Below are positions 1-7,141 of a stretch of 21,876 bases of DNA, piece by piece. Numbering within the stretch: position 1 is the stretch's first letter; the number at the start of each line of letters is the position of its first letter. A program made the position numbers and the translations under genes. The DNA comes from Planctomycetota bacterium. Its GTDB lineage: Bacteria > Planctomycetota > UBA1135 > GCA-002686595. Under the pieces are notes generated by a model. That model was not told the origin of the DNA. It saw only the letters and a list, made by a program, of their open reading frames with translations, and did not search any database. The stretch covers positions 1-21,876 of the forward strand of contig JBLHLB010000028.1 of assembly GCA_047618505.1 (NCBI GenBank), in the 5' to 3' direction.

Positions 1-1
1 C

Positions 2-55
2 TTCGTCCTCGCAAGCATCGCCGCCGCCGTCTACTTCTTCCTGATCCGCGAATAG
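2..55 (+). CDS. 3' end of an upstream gene running in from the window edge; hydrophobic C-terminal tail FVLASIAAAVYFFLIRE then TAG
   Basis: Frame 2 is open from the window start to TAG at 53-55. The translated tail looks like the end of a TM helix. Only 18 codons are visible. Confidence 0.3.
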   Translation, partial: FVLASIAAAVYFFLIRE

Positions 56-110
56 GGCGATCCATATGGACCTTCGTTGTAGGGAAACCAAGAGCAGGGG
101 AGCGCGGTCG

Positions 111-2384
111 ATGGGGTGGTTGCTCCTGGGTGCGATCCCGCTTCTCGGCTCCCTCGGTCACAGTTCCTTCGCCCCTCTTTTTCCTGGGGGCAGCGCTTCA
201 GAGGCCGGCGATCCGGTGGGCCAGGACTCGAACCGTCCCTTCCTGCACTACGATCACGTTGCGGCACCCTGGTTGAATCCCGATTTAGGTGAAGTCGAGC
301 GCGATTGCCTTGGGTGTCACGACCTGGACGCGCCCTGGAGTGACGTCAACGCCAAGGCGCTCTGCGCGAAGTGCCACTACCAGTACACGGCGACGGTTCC
401 TGAGTTTCCGGTGGACCAGAAGGTGGCAACGGACGGGACGCTTGGCTTCGGCTACGCGTCGATGGAAGTCTTCCTACACGGTGAGCATGGCACTCTGACC
501 TGTCGCGAGTGCCATGCACCCGACTCCTTCCGTCAGGGGCAGATTCTGAAGTCGATTCCGCAGTCCGCGACGATGGTGATTCGGCGCGGGATCAACGAGT
601 GTCAGCGATGCCATGAAACAGGCAGTTTGGAGACCCTTGGTCGGCCGCTAGAGGCACGCTCTGGTGACTCCGCCGGTCTTGAGGCGGACAGCTTCTTCTC
701 CGGTCTCAACGGAGATCCGAGCATGGGGCCCGATGCATTGGGCGCGTTCATCCACGGCGAGCACATGCTGGATCCGGCGGCGTCCTTTAGCCTCTCAAGC
801 CTTCACGCCGATGCCGAAGGGTGCGCGACTTGCCACGCCGCGCTCCTGCTCGAGACTACACAGCGCTCGGCGCCGGAAGAGCTGCTTCCGCAGGCGGGTT
901 GCGATGAATGCCACGTTTCCGTCGACGACAGCGCCCTCTCTTTCAGGGGTCCATCGGAGGCGCTACCGTCCCTTTCCAGTGGGGCATTTTTCCACGGCGA
1001 CCATCTCCGTACGGGTGTTGCCGGCCGCGTTTCTGCAGGCGTTGCCAGTGCGGATTCCCATGCCCAGCTCGAGATCCAGAGCTGCAGCGTCTGCCACCAA
1101 GTCGGCGGCTCCGATGGTGGCCGCGAGTTCGCCTTCGACCTAGCCCAACCAGAATATAGCTATTTGGGATGCGCGCAGTGCCACGACACCCCCGCGTGGC
1201 AAACACAAGGTCACGGCGAATGGACCAGTTGCACGGATTGTCACAGCTTCAGCGGTCCGACCAGTGACCTAAGGACAGATCGGCCGCTTGCTGCCGAGCC
1301 GGTAGCGCGTCGTAGGCCTACGAGTTTTCGAATCGAAAGCCAAACGCACCGGATGATCACCGGGCTCACAAAGGCAGACCTGGATCAAGCCTGCGTCGAA
1401 TGCCATCGCGCCCCGGTCGAGTCCCTTCCCTCGCGCATTCGCGACACAGCCTTCCGTCACTCTACACATCTACCCGCGGAGTTCGACAGCGACGATTGCT
1501 TGCGTTGCCACAGTGAACCCGTGGCCCAGGCAAGTCGTTCCTGGGAGCTGGGTGGGGCCCTAGCGGGCAATTCGATCCAGCCTGCGGAGGACGGGGAAGC
1601 ACACCCGCGCTTCGGTCTGACCTACGATCCCGATAGCTGCAACGGGTGCCATGAGGGAGCAGTGATCACTCCTGTCCTCGCCCCGATCGAGACCAGTTTG
1701 ACTGTGGAATTCTCCCACGCCGGTCACCTCACACCTGAATTACTGGATCCTCTTGGGGAGCACGCAATTTCCTGTGGCGATTGCCACGGAGTACAGGGTG
1801 GGGCTGACCTTGGAGAGCCCGTGGATCCGTCGCGCTTCTTCGCCAAGCCCGCTGAGTGCTCCAGCTGTCACGACCATGGGGAGAACGCAGCGATTACAGC
1901 AAACTTCGGTGGTCTTGCTTCGAGCAGCGCGACGAGCTGTGCCCAATGTCACGGCGGGGGCCAAGGTGGGGGCATCCCATTCATCCGCAGCGGCGAACTC
2001 TTGGCGAGCTCAAGCCTCGCCCAGCGCGTCGCAACCGTCAGCGGAATCCAGGCACACCCGAACGACAGAAACTGCGAGACATGTCACGTCACCATGGGGA
2101 ATGAGTTGCGGAGCCCTGACGTTGCCCTAGGTCTTGTCTCCGTCGCCGGTATCAAGAAGAGGATGCACGGCGGAGACTATCCCCAGGTGGATCCCAATGC
2201 ACCAGCCGTGTCGGCGGACGGATCCAAGGAGCAGCAGACTTGCCTTTCCTGTCACTGGACTCTGATCGCCAGCTCGATGACGCAGGACCCCTTCAGCCCC
2301 GAGATTCGCGACGTCTTCGGCAGTCTGCTAGGGACTACACCGCCACGCACCTTCCCCGGCAGACCCGCGTCTGAGCTTCGATGA
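111..2384 (+). CDS. Secreted multiheme cytochrome c with 17 CxxCH motifs, built from c3/c7-type domains
   Basis: The ORF track gives 66..2384. I prefer the ATG at 111 (MGWLLLGAIPLLGSLGHSSFA, a Sec-type signal peptide) because GGGGAG lies 8 nt upstream. I count 17 CxxCH motifs: CLGCH, CAKCH, CRECH, CQRCH, CATCH, CDECH, CSVCH, CAQCH, CTDCH, CVECH, CLRCH, CNGCH, CGDCH, CSSCH, CAQCH, CETCH, CLSCH. F-x-H-x-x-H motifs recur before heme sites (FLHGEH, FIHGEH, FFHGDH, FRHSTH, FSHAGH), as in cytochrome c3/c7 distal His ligands. Confidence 0.9.
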   Translation: MGWLLLGAIPLLGSLGHSSFAPLFPGGSASEAGDPVGQDSNRPFLHYDHVAAPWLNPDLGEVERDCLGCHDLDAPWSDVNAKALCAKCHYQYTATVPEFPVDQKVATDGTLGFGYASMEVFLHGEHGTLTCRECHAPDSFRQGQILKSIPQSATMVIRRGINECQRCHETGSLETLGRPLEARSGDSAGLEADSFFSGLNGDPSMGPDALGAFIHGEHMLDPAASFSLSSLHADAEGCATCHAALLLETTQRSAPEELLPQAGCDECHVSVDDSALSFRGPSEALPSLSSGAFFHGDHLRTGVAGRVSAGVASADSHAQLEIQSCSVCHQVGGSDGGREFAFDLAQPEYSYLGCAQCHDTPAWQTQGHGEWTSCTDCHSFSGPTSDLRTDRPLAAEPVARRRPTSFRIESQTHRMITGLTKADLDQACVECHRAPVESLPSRIRDTAFRHSTHLPAEFDSDDCLRCHSEPVAQASRSWELGGALAGNSIQPAEDGEAHPRFGLTYDPDSCNGCHEGAVITPVLAPIETSLTVEFSHAGHLTPELLDPLGEHAISCGDCHGVQGGADLGEPVDPSRFFAKPAECSSCHDHGENAAITANFGGLASSSATSCAQCHGGGQGGGIPFIRSGELLASSSLAQRVATVSGIQAHPNDRNCETCHVTMGNELRSPDVALGLVSVAGIKKRMHGGDYPQVDPNAPAVSADGSKEQQTCLSCHWTLIASSMTQDPFSPEIRDVFGSLLGTTPPRTFPGRPASELR

Positions 2385-3454
2385 ACGCAAGCCTCTTCAG
2401 AACGCGTTATCTCCTCTATGGCGCCATCATCAGTGCGGGCTTTATCGCCTGGTGGCAGGTCGGCGGCTTTGCCCTCGGGCGCGGTGGCGATGGCAATGTG
2501 AGCTACCTGCTTTGGTCCGGTTGGGTTGCGGTTGCGCTCTATCTGGCGGTGATTGCCTACGTCGGTCGCAAGTACATCCAACGCGTCAAGCGTCCCCCCA
2601 CGCGCGATGAAGTCGCCGCTTACGAGGCGTCCATCGACCGGGCCGAAACGCGTATCAAGAAGGTCGAGCGCGAAATCCTAAGTGGTGTGCTCAAGGCCGA
2701 AGGCGACATACGCAAGCGTGTGCAGGCGATCTGCAGGGATGAGGGCGTCACAAAGTTCAAGCACCCCGTGCTGATCGCCGGTGAAGGGGGCGCTCCAGCC
2801 TTTCGTGTGGAGTTAGTCTCTAACGAGCCCGCCGGCCGCGTCATTGTTTGGCTGCACGCGCACCTCTACTTCGGCCTCGCAGCCGCGGTCCTTGTGATTC
2901 TCCATGGCGGACTTGTCTGGAGCACGCCCATGGGCTTGCTCCTGAACGGCCTGAGTTTTCTGGTGACGATCACCGGTGTCATCGGCGTGTACTACTGGGC
3001 CGTAGGGCCATCCATGCTGACTCGAGCAGAGGGGAATTTCACGATCGAGGAGGCCTTCGCGCTCGAGCGACACTTTGCCCTCAAATTGGAAGACGCCTTC
3101 ACTCCGCCGGTGAAGAACCCGGAGAAGGAAATCGATAAGGCCTACGAGAAGGACAAGGTCGTCTTTGACGAAGTCGTCAAGCTTCAGGGCTTCGCCAAGT
3201 CCTGTGCCAAGGAGCCCAGCCCCGCTAAGGTCGAGCAGCAGTTGACCGCCGTCCTCTCCGAGGACGCCAAGGTCGCGGGCCTCCAACGGGACGTCGCCGT
3301 CCTCATCGCCCAACGCGGAAAGGCCGGCGATGAGCTGCGCCGCCTATCGCGTATCCGCTTCCTGATCAATTCCTGGCGCGTCGTGCACGTGCCCGCTTCC
3401 ATCGCCCTGGTGGGAGTTCTCGTCGTTCACATCTTCACCGTGTGGATGTACTGA
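2381..3454 (+). CDS. Integral membrane protein with about 5 TM helices; putative di-heme b-type transmembrane electron carrier
   Basis: The ATG overlaps the upstream stop (ATGA at 2381-2384). Hydrophobic segments sit at about aa 10-32, 43-63, 153-180, 184-209 and 333-357. Both intervening loops (aa 64-150 and 210-330) are K/R-rich, so they should be cytoplasmic. H161/H175 in TM3 and H336/H350 in TM5 are each exactly 14 residues apart in helices of the same orientation, which is the classic bis-His spacing for two stacked b hemes. Confidence 0.75.
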   Translation: MNASLFRTRYLLYGAIISAGFIAWWQVGGFALGRGGDGNVSYLLWSGWVAVALYLAVIAYVGRKYIQRVKRPPTRDEVAAYEASIDRAETRIKKVEREILSGVLKAEGDIRKRVQAICRDEGVTKFKHPVLIAGEGGAPAFRVELVSNEPAGRVIVWLHAHLYFGLAAAVLVILHGGLVWSTPMGLLLNGLSFLVTITGVIGVYYWAVGPSMLTRAEGNFTIEEAFALERHFALKLEDAFTPPVKNPEKEIDKAYEKDKVVFDEVVKLQGFAKSCAKEPSPAKVEQQLTAVLSEDAKVAGLQRDVAVLIAQRGKAGDELRRLSRIRFLINSWRVVHVPASIALVGVLVVHIFTVWMY

Positions 3455-3457
3455 GCC

Positions 3458-4963
3458 ATGGCAGCCCAAACAGATAACAGCGACGTCCTGGCCCAGTTGG
3501 GGCGACTCGCTCCCTTTGCCGACCTCGGCGAAGAGACCAAGCAGAACAAGAAGCAGCGTGCCGCGCTCCTGGAGTTCCACCGCTTCGAAGACTACTCCCG
3601 CGGCGAAGTGATCATCGAGCAGGGGGAATTCACCGGCGAATTCTGTGTCGTCATCTCCGGCTCCGTGGCCGTCTTCCGCTCCGAGGATGGGTCCATCAAT
3701 CGCCTGGGCAATCTGGGCTCGGGGGAGTGGTTCGGCGAAATGAGCGCCCTCTCCTTCCAGGCCGCAGTGGCGCAGGTGCGCTCGGAGTCCCGCGCCTTGG
3801 TCCTGGTGATCGACCAAGCGCTCTTCAAAACGCTCTATGAAGCGGCCAAGGGCAAGAGCGCCTTCAAGGCGGCGATCGACGAAAAGTACCGCCAGCGCGC
3901 CCTCTCCCTGCACCTGCGCGTGGCGCCGCTCCTGGCAGAGTTGAGCGTCGCCGACCTAGAGTCCATTGGCCAACGAGCGGAGCTCGTGCGTTTCGAAGAA
4001 GGCGACGTGGTCGCCGAGCAGGGAGTGAAGGCCGATGCCGTCTACCTGATTCGAAGCGGCGCGGTGAAAGAAGTACGCCGGGATGAGAAAGGCTCTGAGC
4101 GCGTGCATTCCTACTATCGCGGCAACTCCTCGGTCGGGGAAAACTGCCTCGCACGGGAGGACGTTTCCTGGCGCGGGACCCTGACGGCCATGACGCCCAC
4201 GGATGTGGTCAAGATTCCCGTGGGCGTGTTCCTGGAGATCTTCGGCGCAACGGGGGCAGCGGCCGCGAACGAGAGTCAGACCCTGAGCAGGCTGCGCCTG
4301 GCGGCGGATCGAATCGCCGCGGAGGATCGCGGTGTCGAAACAGGGGGCTCCAGCGACGAACTTGACGTGATGGTCGGCGCCGAAAGCGCCAAGGGCGGCA
4401 AGGCGCTGGTGATCGACCTGGACAAGTGCACTCGCTGCAATGCATGCGTGGAATCCTGTGTCGCTGCCCACGAAGACGGTATTCCGCGGCTCTCCAAGAA
4501 GGGCAATCGCATCTCGTCGAACAAGGTGTTGTCGTCGGCCTGCTACAGCTGCGAGATCCCGGACTGCATGCAGTCCTGTGACTTCGGTGCAATCCGTCGC
4601 GACGTGAACGGATCGATCCGCTTCATCTACGATAACTGTACGGGCTGCACGCTCTGCGTTCCCGCCTGTCCCTATGACGTCATTCGCATGACGCCTCCGC
4701 CTAACCAGCCGGATTCGCGTCCCCCGGGCTTCCTGGAGAGCATTCCATTTCTGGGCAAGCTCCTGGCGCCGAAACGTCCCGAGGAAATCGACGCTGGCGA
4801 GAAGGTCTTGGCGGCACGCACCCAGGGAGCGGTGGCCGGCAAAGCCATCAAATGCGATCTGTGTGCGGGCTTGCCCTATGAGGCCTGTGTCTACAACTGT
4901 CCCTGCGGCGCCATCGATCGCTTCGATCCGGCTGCCCTCTTTGCTGGCGAGGAATCCAAGTAG
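3458..4963 (+). CDS. Cytoplasmic fusion protein: two tandem cNMP-binding (CAP-effector-like) domains plus a C-terminal four-cluster [4Fe-4S] ferredoxin domain (NrfC/PsrB/HybA-like)
   Basis: There is a 3-nt gap after the upstream stop and no signal peptide. cNMP-like domains cover aa ~18-130 (GEWFGEMSAL...) and aa ~150-262 (VGENCLAREDVSWRGTLTAM). Four Cys clusters follow: C324-x2-C-x2-C-x3-C, C362-x2-C-x4-C-x3-C, C394-x2-C-x2-C-x3-CP, C466-x2-C-x7-C-x3-CP. Confidence 0.9.
   Translation: MAAQTDNSDVLAQLGRLAPFADLGEETKQNKKQRAALLEFHRFEDYSRGEVIIEQGEFTGEFCVVISGSVAVFRSEDGSINRLGNLGSGEWFGEMSALSFQAAVAQVRSESRALVLVIDQALFKTLYEAAKGKSAFKAAIDEKYRQRALSLHLRVAPLLAELSVADLESIGQRAELVRFEEGDVVAEQGVKADAVYLIRSGAVKEVRRDEKGSERVHSYYRGNSSVGENCLAREDVSWRGTLTAMTPTDVVKIPVGVFLEIFGATGAAAANESQTLSRLRLAADRIAAEDRGVETGGSSDELDVMVGAESAKGGKALVIDLDKCTRCNACVESCVAAHEDGIPRLSKKGNRISSNKVLSSACYSCEIPDCMQSCDFGAIRRDVNGSIRFIYDNCTGCTLCVPACPYDVIRMTPPPNQPDSRPPGFLESIPFLGKLLAPKRPEEIDAGEKVLAARTQGAVAGKAIKCDLCAGLPYEACVYNCPCGAIDRFDPAALFAGEESK
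3509..3847 (+). other. cNMP-binding-like domain 1 of the ferredoxin fusion protein
   Basis: Beta-roll signature G-x-GE-x-FGE-x-AL. The canonical phosphate-binding Arg appears to be replaced (SFQAAVAQV). Confidence 0.6.
3905..4243 (+). other. cNMP-binding-like domain 2 of the ferredoxin fusion protein
   Basis: FEEGDVVAEQG...YLIRSGAV...VGENCLA...WRGTLTA pattern, with an Arg present in the putative phosphate-binding cassette. Confidence 0.6.
4400..4927 (+). other. 4x[4Fe-4S] ferredoxin domain (16 Cys in four cluster motifs)
   Basis: CTRCNACVESC / CYSCEIPDCMQSC / CTGCTLCVPACP / CDLCAGLPYEACVYNCP. Confidence 0.85.
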
Positions 4964-4969
4964 GTCGCC

Positions 4970-7141
4970 ATGGCAAAGGAAGCAGATCCTGAAGGCGGCG
5001 CGGGCGTGATGCGATTTAGCATTCCTGGCAAACGCAAGAGCGATGCAGCCCGCTTGGCGAGCGTCGCCGATCGCATCACGGTAGGCTCCGCTCGTTCCTC
5101 TGACCTGTCTATCGACGATCCTGTAGCGTCGGATGAACATTGCGTCCTTACCTTCAAGGACGGGCGCTTCTTTGCGGAGGACGCGAATAGCTCGACTGGT
5201 ACCTACTTGAATGGGCTGTCCGTGCAGGCACCCGTTGAGATCGCCGAGGGCGACTCGCTGGTCTTGGGCGTCAGTCGCATCACATTCAAGATCGAGACGA
5301 GCGACGCCGGGCCGACCCTGGTGATGTCCCTAGCCGAGAAGTCCTTCTATTTCGTTGAGAAGGGCAAGCCGGCCAAGAACGGCAAGAAGCGCACCCTCGC
5401 GGATCTTTATCAGTGGGTGCGATCCGAGGTCGTCTTCGGCCGCTCCCGGATGTTGACCTGGGGGAACTTCGCGGCCGGTGGACTAACTCTTGTGCTCTTC
5501 GGTGTGGTCTTCGCAGCCAGCGTGCGCGAGCCCCTGTCGGATCCCGGACACCTGCATGCCTCGCACCAGATGTTGTTTGATGAGGGGCTGAGTGCCGAGC
5601 AGCGGGATCTGCTGAACGCTTCCTACCCGGACGCTCTGACTCTGGCGACGGCCCAAGGCTGCGATGTTTGCCACTCGTCCTTTGGGGGGACGCCGGCGGA
5701 AAAGTGCGCCCAATGCCACGGCGACATCGTCGGTGAACAGCAACATCCAGGGCTCAGCGCCGGACTCAGCGATCCCCAGGCCTGGTGGGCGGACACCGGC
5801 TGTGTGCGTTGCCACACGGATCACACTCGCGATGCCGCCTGGGACTTCATCCCATCGGTGCAGAAGACCCAGGCTTCCTGTGGTGAGTGCCACGCCGAGG
5901 ATCGCCACCCGGCGGGGGATATGCCAATCGCTCCAGTCGAGGGACAGCGGCAGACATCTATCGCCTACAACGACTTCTCCCACGCGGATCACCTGAAGCG
6001 CGTGGACGGCGGAGCAGCGGTTGCCTGCTCGCTTTGCCATGTCGAAGTGACAGAGGGCGCTGGGGTCTCGGTGGCCGCGAGCCTAGGGCGTAACTTTGCC
6101 CCCGCCGATTACGACGTTTGCACACGCTGCCACATCGCTGGGCAAGTCGACGCATCGATCCCAGAGGAGTTCCTGCCCGTAGCCATGACCTTGGCCTGGC
6201 ACGGCACGGATGACGGCGAGGAGAACTGCACCCAGTGTCACGCAGAGCTGTACCAGGATACCTTGGCGACCGTGGAGTTGCAGCGCGCGGTCAATCAGCT
6301 CTTCAGCTTGCCGACACGGGTCACCCACGGCGAGTTCATCAAGGGTCACGTAGAATTCGAAGTGGAGGCGGCGGGCAGTGTCGAGGCCTGCATCGATTGC
6401 CACCGCGATTCAAACGTGACGCCCCAGGCAATCCCCGCCCAGCCCTTCCTGCATGGGTTGCACCTGTCGGAGCTGCAGCCGGCGACGCCCGCCGATGCGC
6501 GTCGTTTGAGCGCGGCTGCTGGTGAGTGCCTGTCCTGTCACCAGGGCATCGACCAGGTCAGCACCCTGAGCGGCGATGCCTTTGCTGGGGCCGAGGGCCA
6601 ATGCGCCGATTGCCACACCAACGGCGTACCCGCGGCCTTCCGGGAGCCGGCTTCCCTGGACACCGCCGTGGAGTTTCCCCACGACGTTCACACCAGGGCC
6701 TTCTCCACCTCCAAGACACTGGAGATGGGCTGCTTCGCTTGCCATGAGTTCGCCGAATCAGATCTCTTTGCGGCGGAGATTAGCACCAATAGCGACGCCC
6801 AGAGTTGCATGGACTGCCACGCTAAGCACAACAACATGGCGGGAGCCGTGGAGGGCTGTGCCGTCTGCCACGAGGTCGGTGTCGATTCGCATGAGGGCAG
6901 TTATTGGGGCAAGACGATTTCGAAGAAGTGGCCCGCCGCAAACACCTTCGACCACTTCAGCACAGGCCACGCCGCGGGGGCAGCCATGGACCTCACCGGC
7001 ACCGCCGGCTGCACCGAGTGCCATGCTGTCGATGGTCTTTGGGACGCAACCTCGATCCTTGACGTCACCATTCCCACCGAGGCCCAGGCCGAGTGCCGTG
7101 AGTGCCACGTGAACGGGAAGCAACGGTTTCATTGGCGATGA
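4970..7141 (+). CDS. N-terminal cytoplasmic FHA domain, one TM helix, then a periplasmic multiheme cytochrome c with 15 CxxCH motifs
   Basis: There is a 6-nt gap after the upstream stop. FHA signature at aa ~13-105: ITVGSARSSDLSIDDPVASDEHCVL...DANSSTGTYLNG...GDSLVLG. TM helix at aa ~163-185 (WGNFAAGGLTLVLFGVVFAASV). I count 15 CxxCH: CDVCH, CAQCH, CVRCH, CGECH, CSLCH, CTRCH, CTQCH, CIDCH, CLSCH, CADCH, CFACH, CMDCH, CAVCH, CTECH, CRECH. F-x-H-x-x-H motifs also present: FSHADH, FLHGLH, FPHDVH. Confidence 0.9.
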   Translation: MAKEADPEGGAGVMRFSIPGKRKSDAARLASVADRITVGSARSSDLSIDDPVASDEHCVLTFKDGRFFAEDANSSTGTYLNGLSVQAPVEIAEGDSLVLGVSRITFKIETSDAGPTLVMSLAEKSFYFVEKGKPAKNGKKRTLADLYQWVRSEVVFGRSRMLTWGNFAAGGLTLVLFGVVFAASVREPLSDPGHLHASHQMLFDEGLSAEQRDLLNASYPDALTLATAQGCDVCHSSFGGTPAEKCAQCHGDIVGEQQHPGLSAGLSDPQAWWADTGCVRCHTDHTRDAAWDFIPSVQKTQASCGECHAEDRHPAGDMPIAPVEGQRQTSIAYNDFSHADHLKRVDGGAAVACSLCHVEVTEGAGVSVAASLGRNFAPADYDVCTRCHIAGQVDASIPEEFLPVAMTLAWHGTDDGEENCTQCHAELYQDTLATVELQRAVNQLFSLPTRVTHGEFIKGHVEFEVEAAGSVEACIDCHRDSNVTPQAIPAQPFLHGLHLSELQPATPADARRLSAAAGECLSCHQGIDQVSTLSGDAFAGAEGQCADCHTNGVPAAFREPASLDTAVEFPHDVHTRAFSTSKTLEMGCFACHEFAESDLFAAEISTNSDAQSCMDCHAKHNNMAGAVEGCAVCHEVGVDSHEGSYWGKTISKKWPAANTFDHFSTGHAAGAAMDLTGTAGCTECHAVDGLWDATSILDVTIPTEAQAECRECHVNGKQRFHWR
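5006..5290 (+). other. FHA (phosphothreonine-binding) domain of the cytochrome fusion
   Basis: G-x-x-R ... S-x-x-H ... N-S-S-T-G-T-x-L-N-G ... G-D-x-L pattern typical of FHA domains. Confidence 0.7.
5456..5524 (+). other. Single transmembrane anchor separating the cytoplasmic FHA domain from the periplasmic heme domain
   Basis: A 23-residue hydrophobic stretch preceded by a K/R-rich segment (KGKPAKNGKKR...GRSR). The first CxxCH is at aa 231, after the helix. Confidence 0.7.

Noticed and set aside
66-110. Upstream ATG at 66 as the start of the first cytochrome
   Set aside because: It would add 15 charged residues (MDLRCRETKSRGARS) before the signal peptide and lacks an RBS. The ATG at 111 has GGGGAG at -8 and begins directly with a hydrophobic signal sequence.
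3956-5140. 394-aa minus-strand ORF antisense to the ferredoxin and FHA-cytochrome genes
   Set aside because: The translation is Arg/Ala/Gly-rich and low-complexity, typical of spurious antisense frames in about 65% GC DNA. The plus-strand genes have clear domain signatures.
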